Source of the DNA: an uncultured delta proteobacterium
GTDB taxonomy: Bacteria; Desulfobacterota; Desulfobacteria; Desulfobacterales; JAFDCJ01
Length of the DNA: 30,419 nt
NCBI GenBank assembly: GCA_963769935.1
Contig: CAVYNY010000002.1
Location: 1 to 30,419, forward strand
Direction of reading: 5' to 3'
Shown one piece after another: positions 29,766 to 30,419 of the stretch. How positions within the stretch are numbered: position 1 is the stretch's first letter; the number at the start of each line of letters is the position of its first letter. Both the position numbers and the translations under genes were made by a program. The notes beneath the pieces are model-generated. The model made no database searches. It was not told the origin of the DNA and was given only the letters and a program-made list of their open reading frames with translations.

Positions 29766-30419
29766 CTATGCGCCGTGCGCTTTGGGCAATTTTCTTGGTT
29801 CTTTGGCATTTGGCCTTGCACCTTGCACCCTGCGTCTTTGGCCTTTGGTCTTTTTATTCCCCAGCCACAAGAGTCCGATCAGCGCGAGCAGGCCAAACAG
29901 ACTGCTCATCGGCCATTCGGTAACGAAAAAGGAGGCTTCGGTGGATTCTGAAGTGGAAATAAAACACCCGCTGCGCGCGCCGCCGGTGGTCTGATTACCT
30001 GTTTGCGTTCGGGGTTGAGGTTCCAAGGTGGGACTGAGCACCAGGCTGCGGGGGCCCTCATCGCCGTCGGCGTCGACGGCCGCCACGGTGTAATAGTAGG
30101 TGGCATCGCCGGTCAGGGCCGCTGCCGCTGGCTGCCCAGGCCGGTGTCCACAAACCCGGTGGCGTTCAGGGTCTCGGCATTGAGTTTGATGTAGCCCTGT
30201 CCCGGCCGGCTGCTGCGATAGATGTTGTAGCCGGCCGCCTGCTGCCCGTTGCCGTCGCTGCCCGGCTGCCAGTTCAAATCGATGTCGCCGTTGAGCCGCC
30301 ACAGCCCCTGCAGTGCCTCGGGCCGGCGGGGCAGGGGGACCTTCAATTCCATGGCCGGATCGCCGAAGAGCAGAAACGTTTCACTGACCTGCCGGTAATC
30401 GGCGCTGTCGTTGGCCAGA
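29766..30419 (-). CDS. 3' end of a C25 (gingipain-like) peptidase + FN3 + GCFI/TM-anchored protein, with one frameshift near 30115-30150 (partial)
   Basis: Window edge reads LANDSADYRQVSETFLLFGDPAMELK (C25 terminal LFGDP motif). The FN3 (LNW..GYNIYRS..FVDT) continues in another frame as YYYTVAAVDADGDEG, then GGARSGCFIST, a TM helix and a basic tail. Confidence 0.75.

Overview
Bacterial window; gene content and intergenic repeat style suggest a Desulfobacterota/deltaproteobacterium (inference). (1) 1-4830 is a visibly AT-rich block (HDOD remnant, IHF/HU, YcbK/DUF882 peptidase, RodZ-like HTH protein) that ends at a 3'-only tRNA-Arg(ACG) fragment, the typical far-end att scar of an integrated island. 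(2) 4.9-26.9 kb holds mixed metabolic and signalling genes: two SpoIIE/PP2C phosphatases, an atypical TRAP transporter followed by a choline/ethanolamine kinase, a CNT nucleoside transporter, a desulforedoxin-like miniprotein, enoyl-CoA hydratase, fadH, a GltS-family symporter, a ferritin-like protein, an MA-clan peptidase, two bactofilins, MaoC and vapBC. Many heptamer-repeat/REP scars and several internally deleted pseudogenes lie between them. (3) 27.5-30.4 kb (- strand) is the best candidate for an undescribed system, a RiPP-like cassette. It has the 3' end of a C25 (gingipain-like)/FN3/CFI-type membrane-anchored protein, a stand-alone PqqD/RRE, a 54-aa precursor with a YxxPxI leader and a Cys/Gly/Pro-rich acid-free core ending in Ser, and an HPr-kinase-like enzyme. 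All family calls come from reading motifs by eye; no searches were run.
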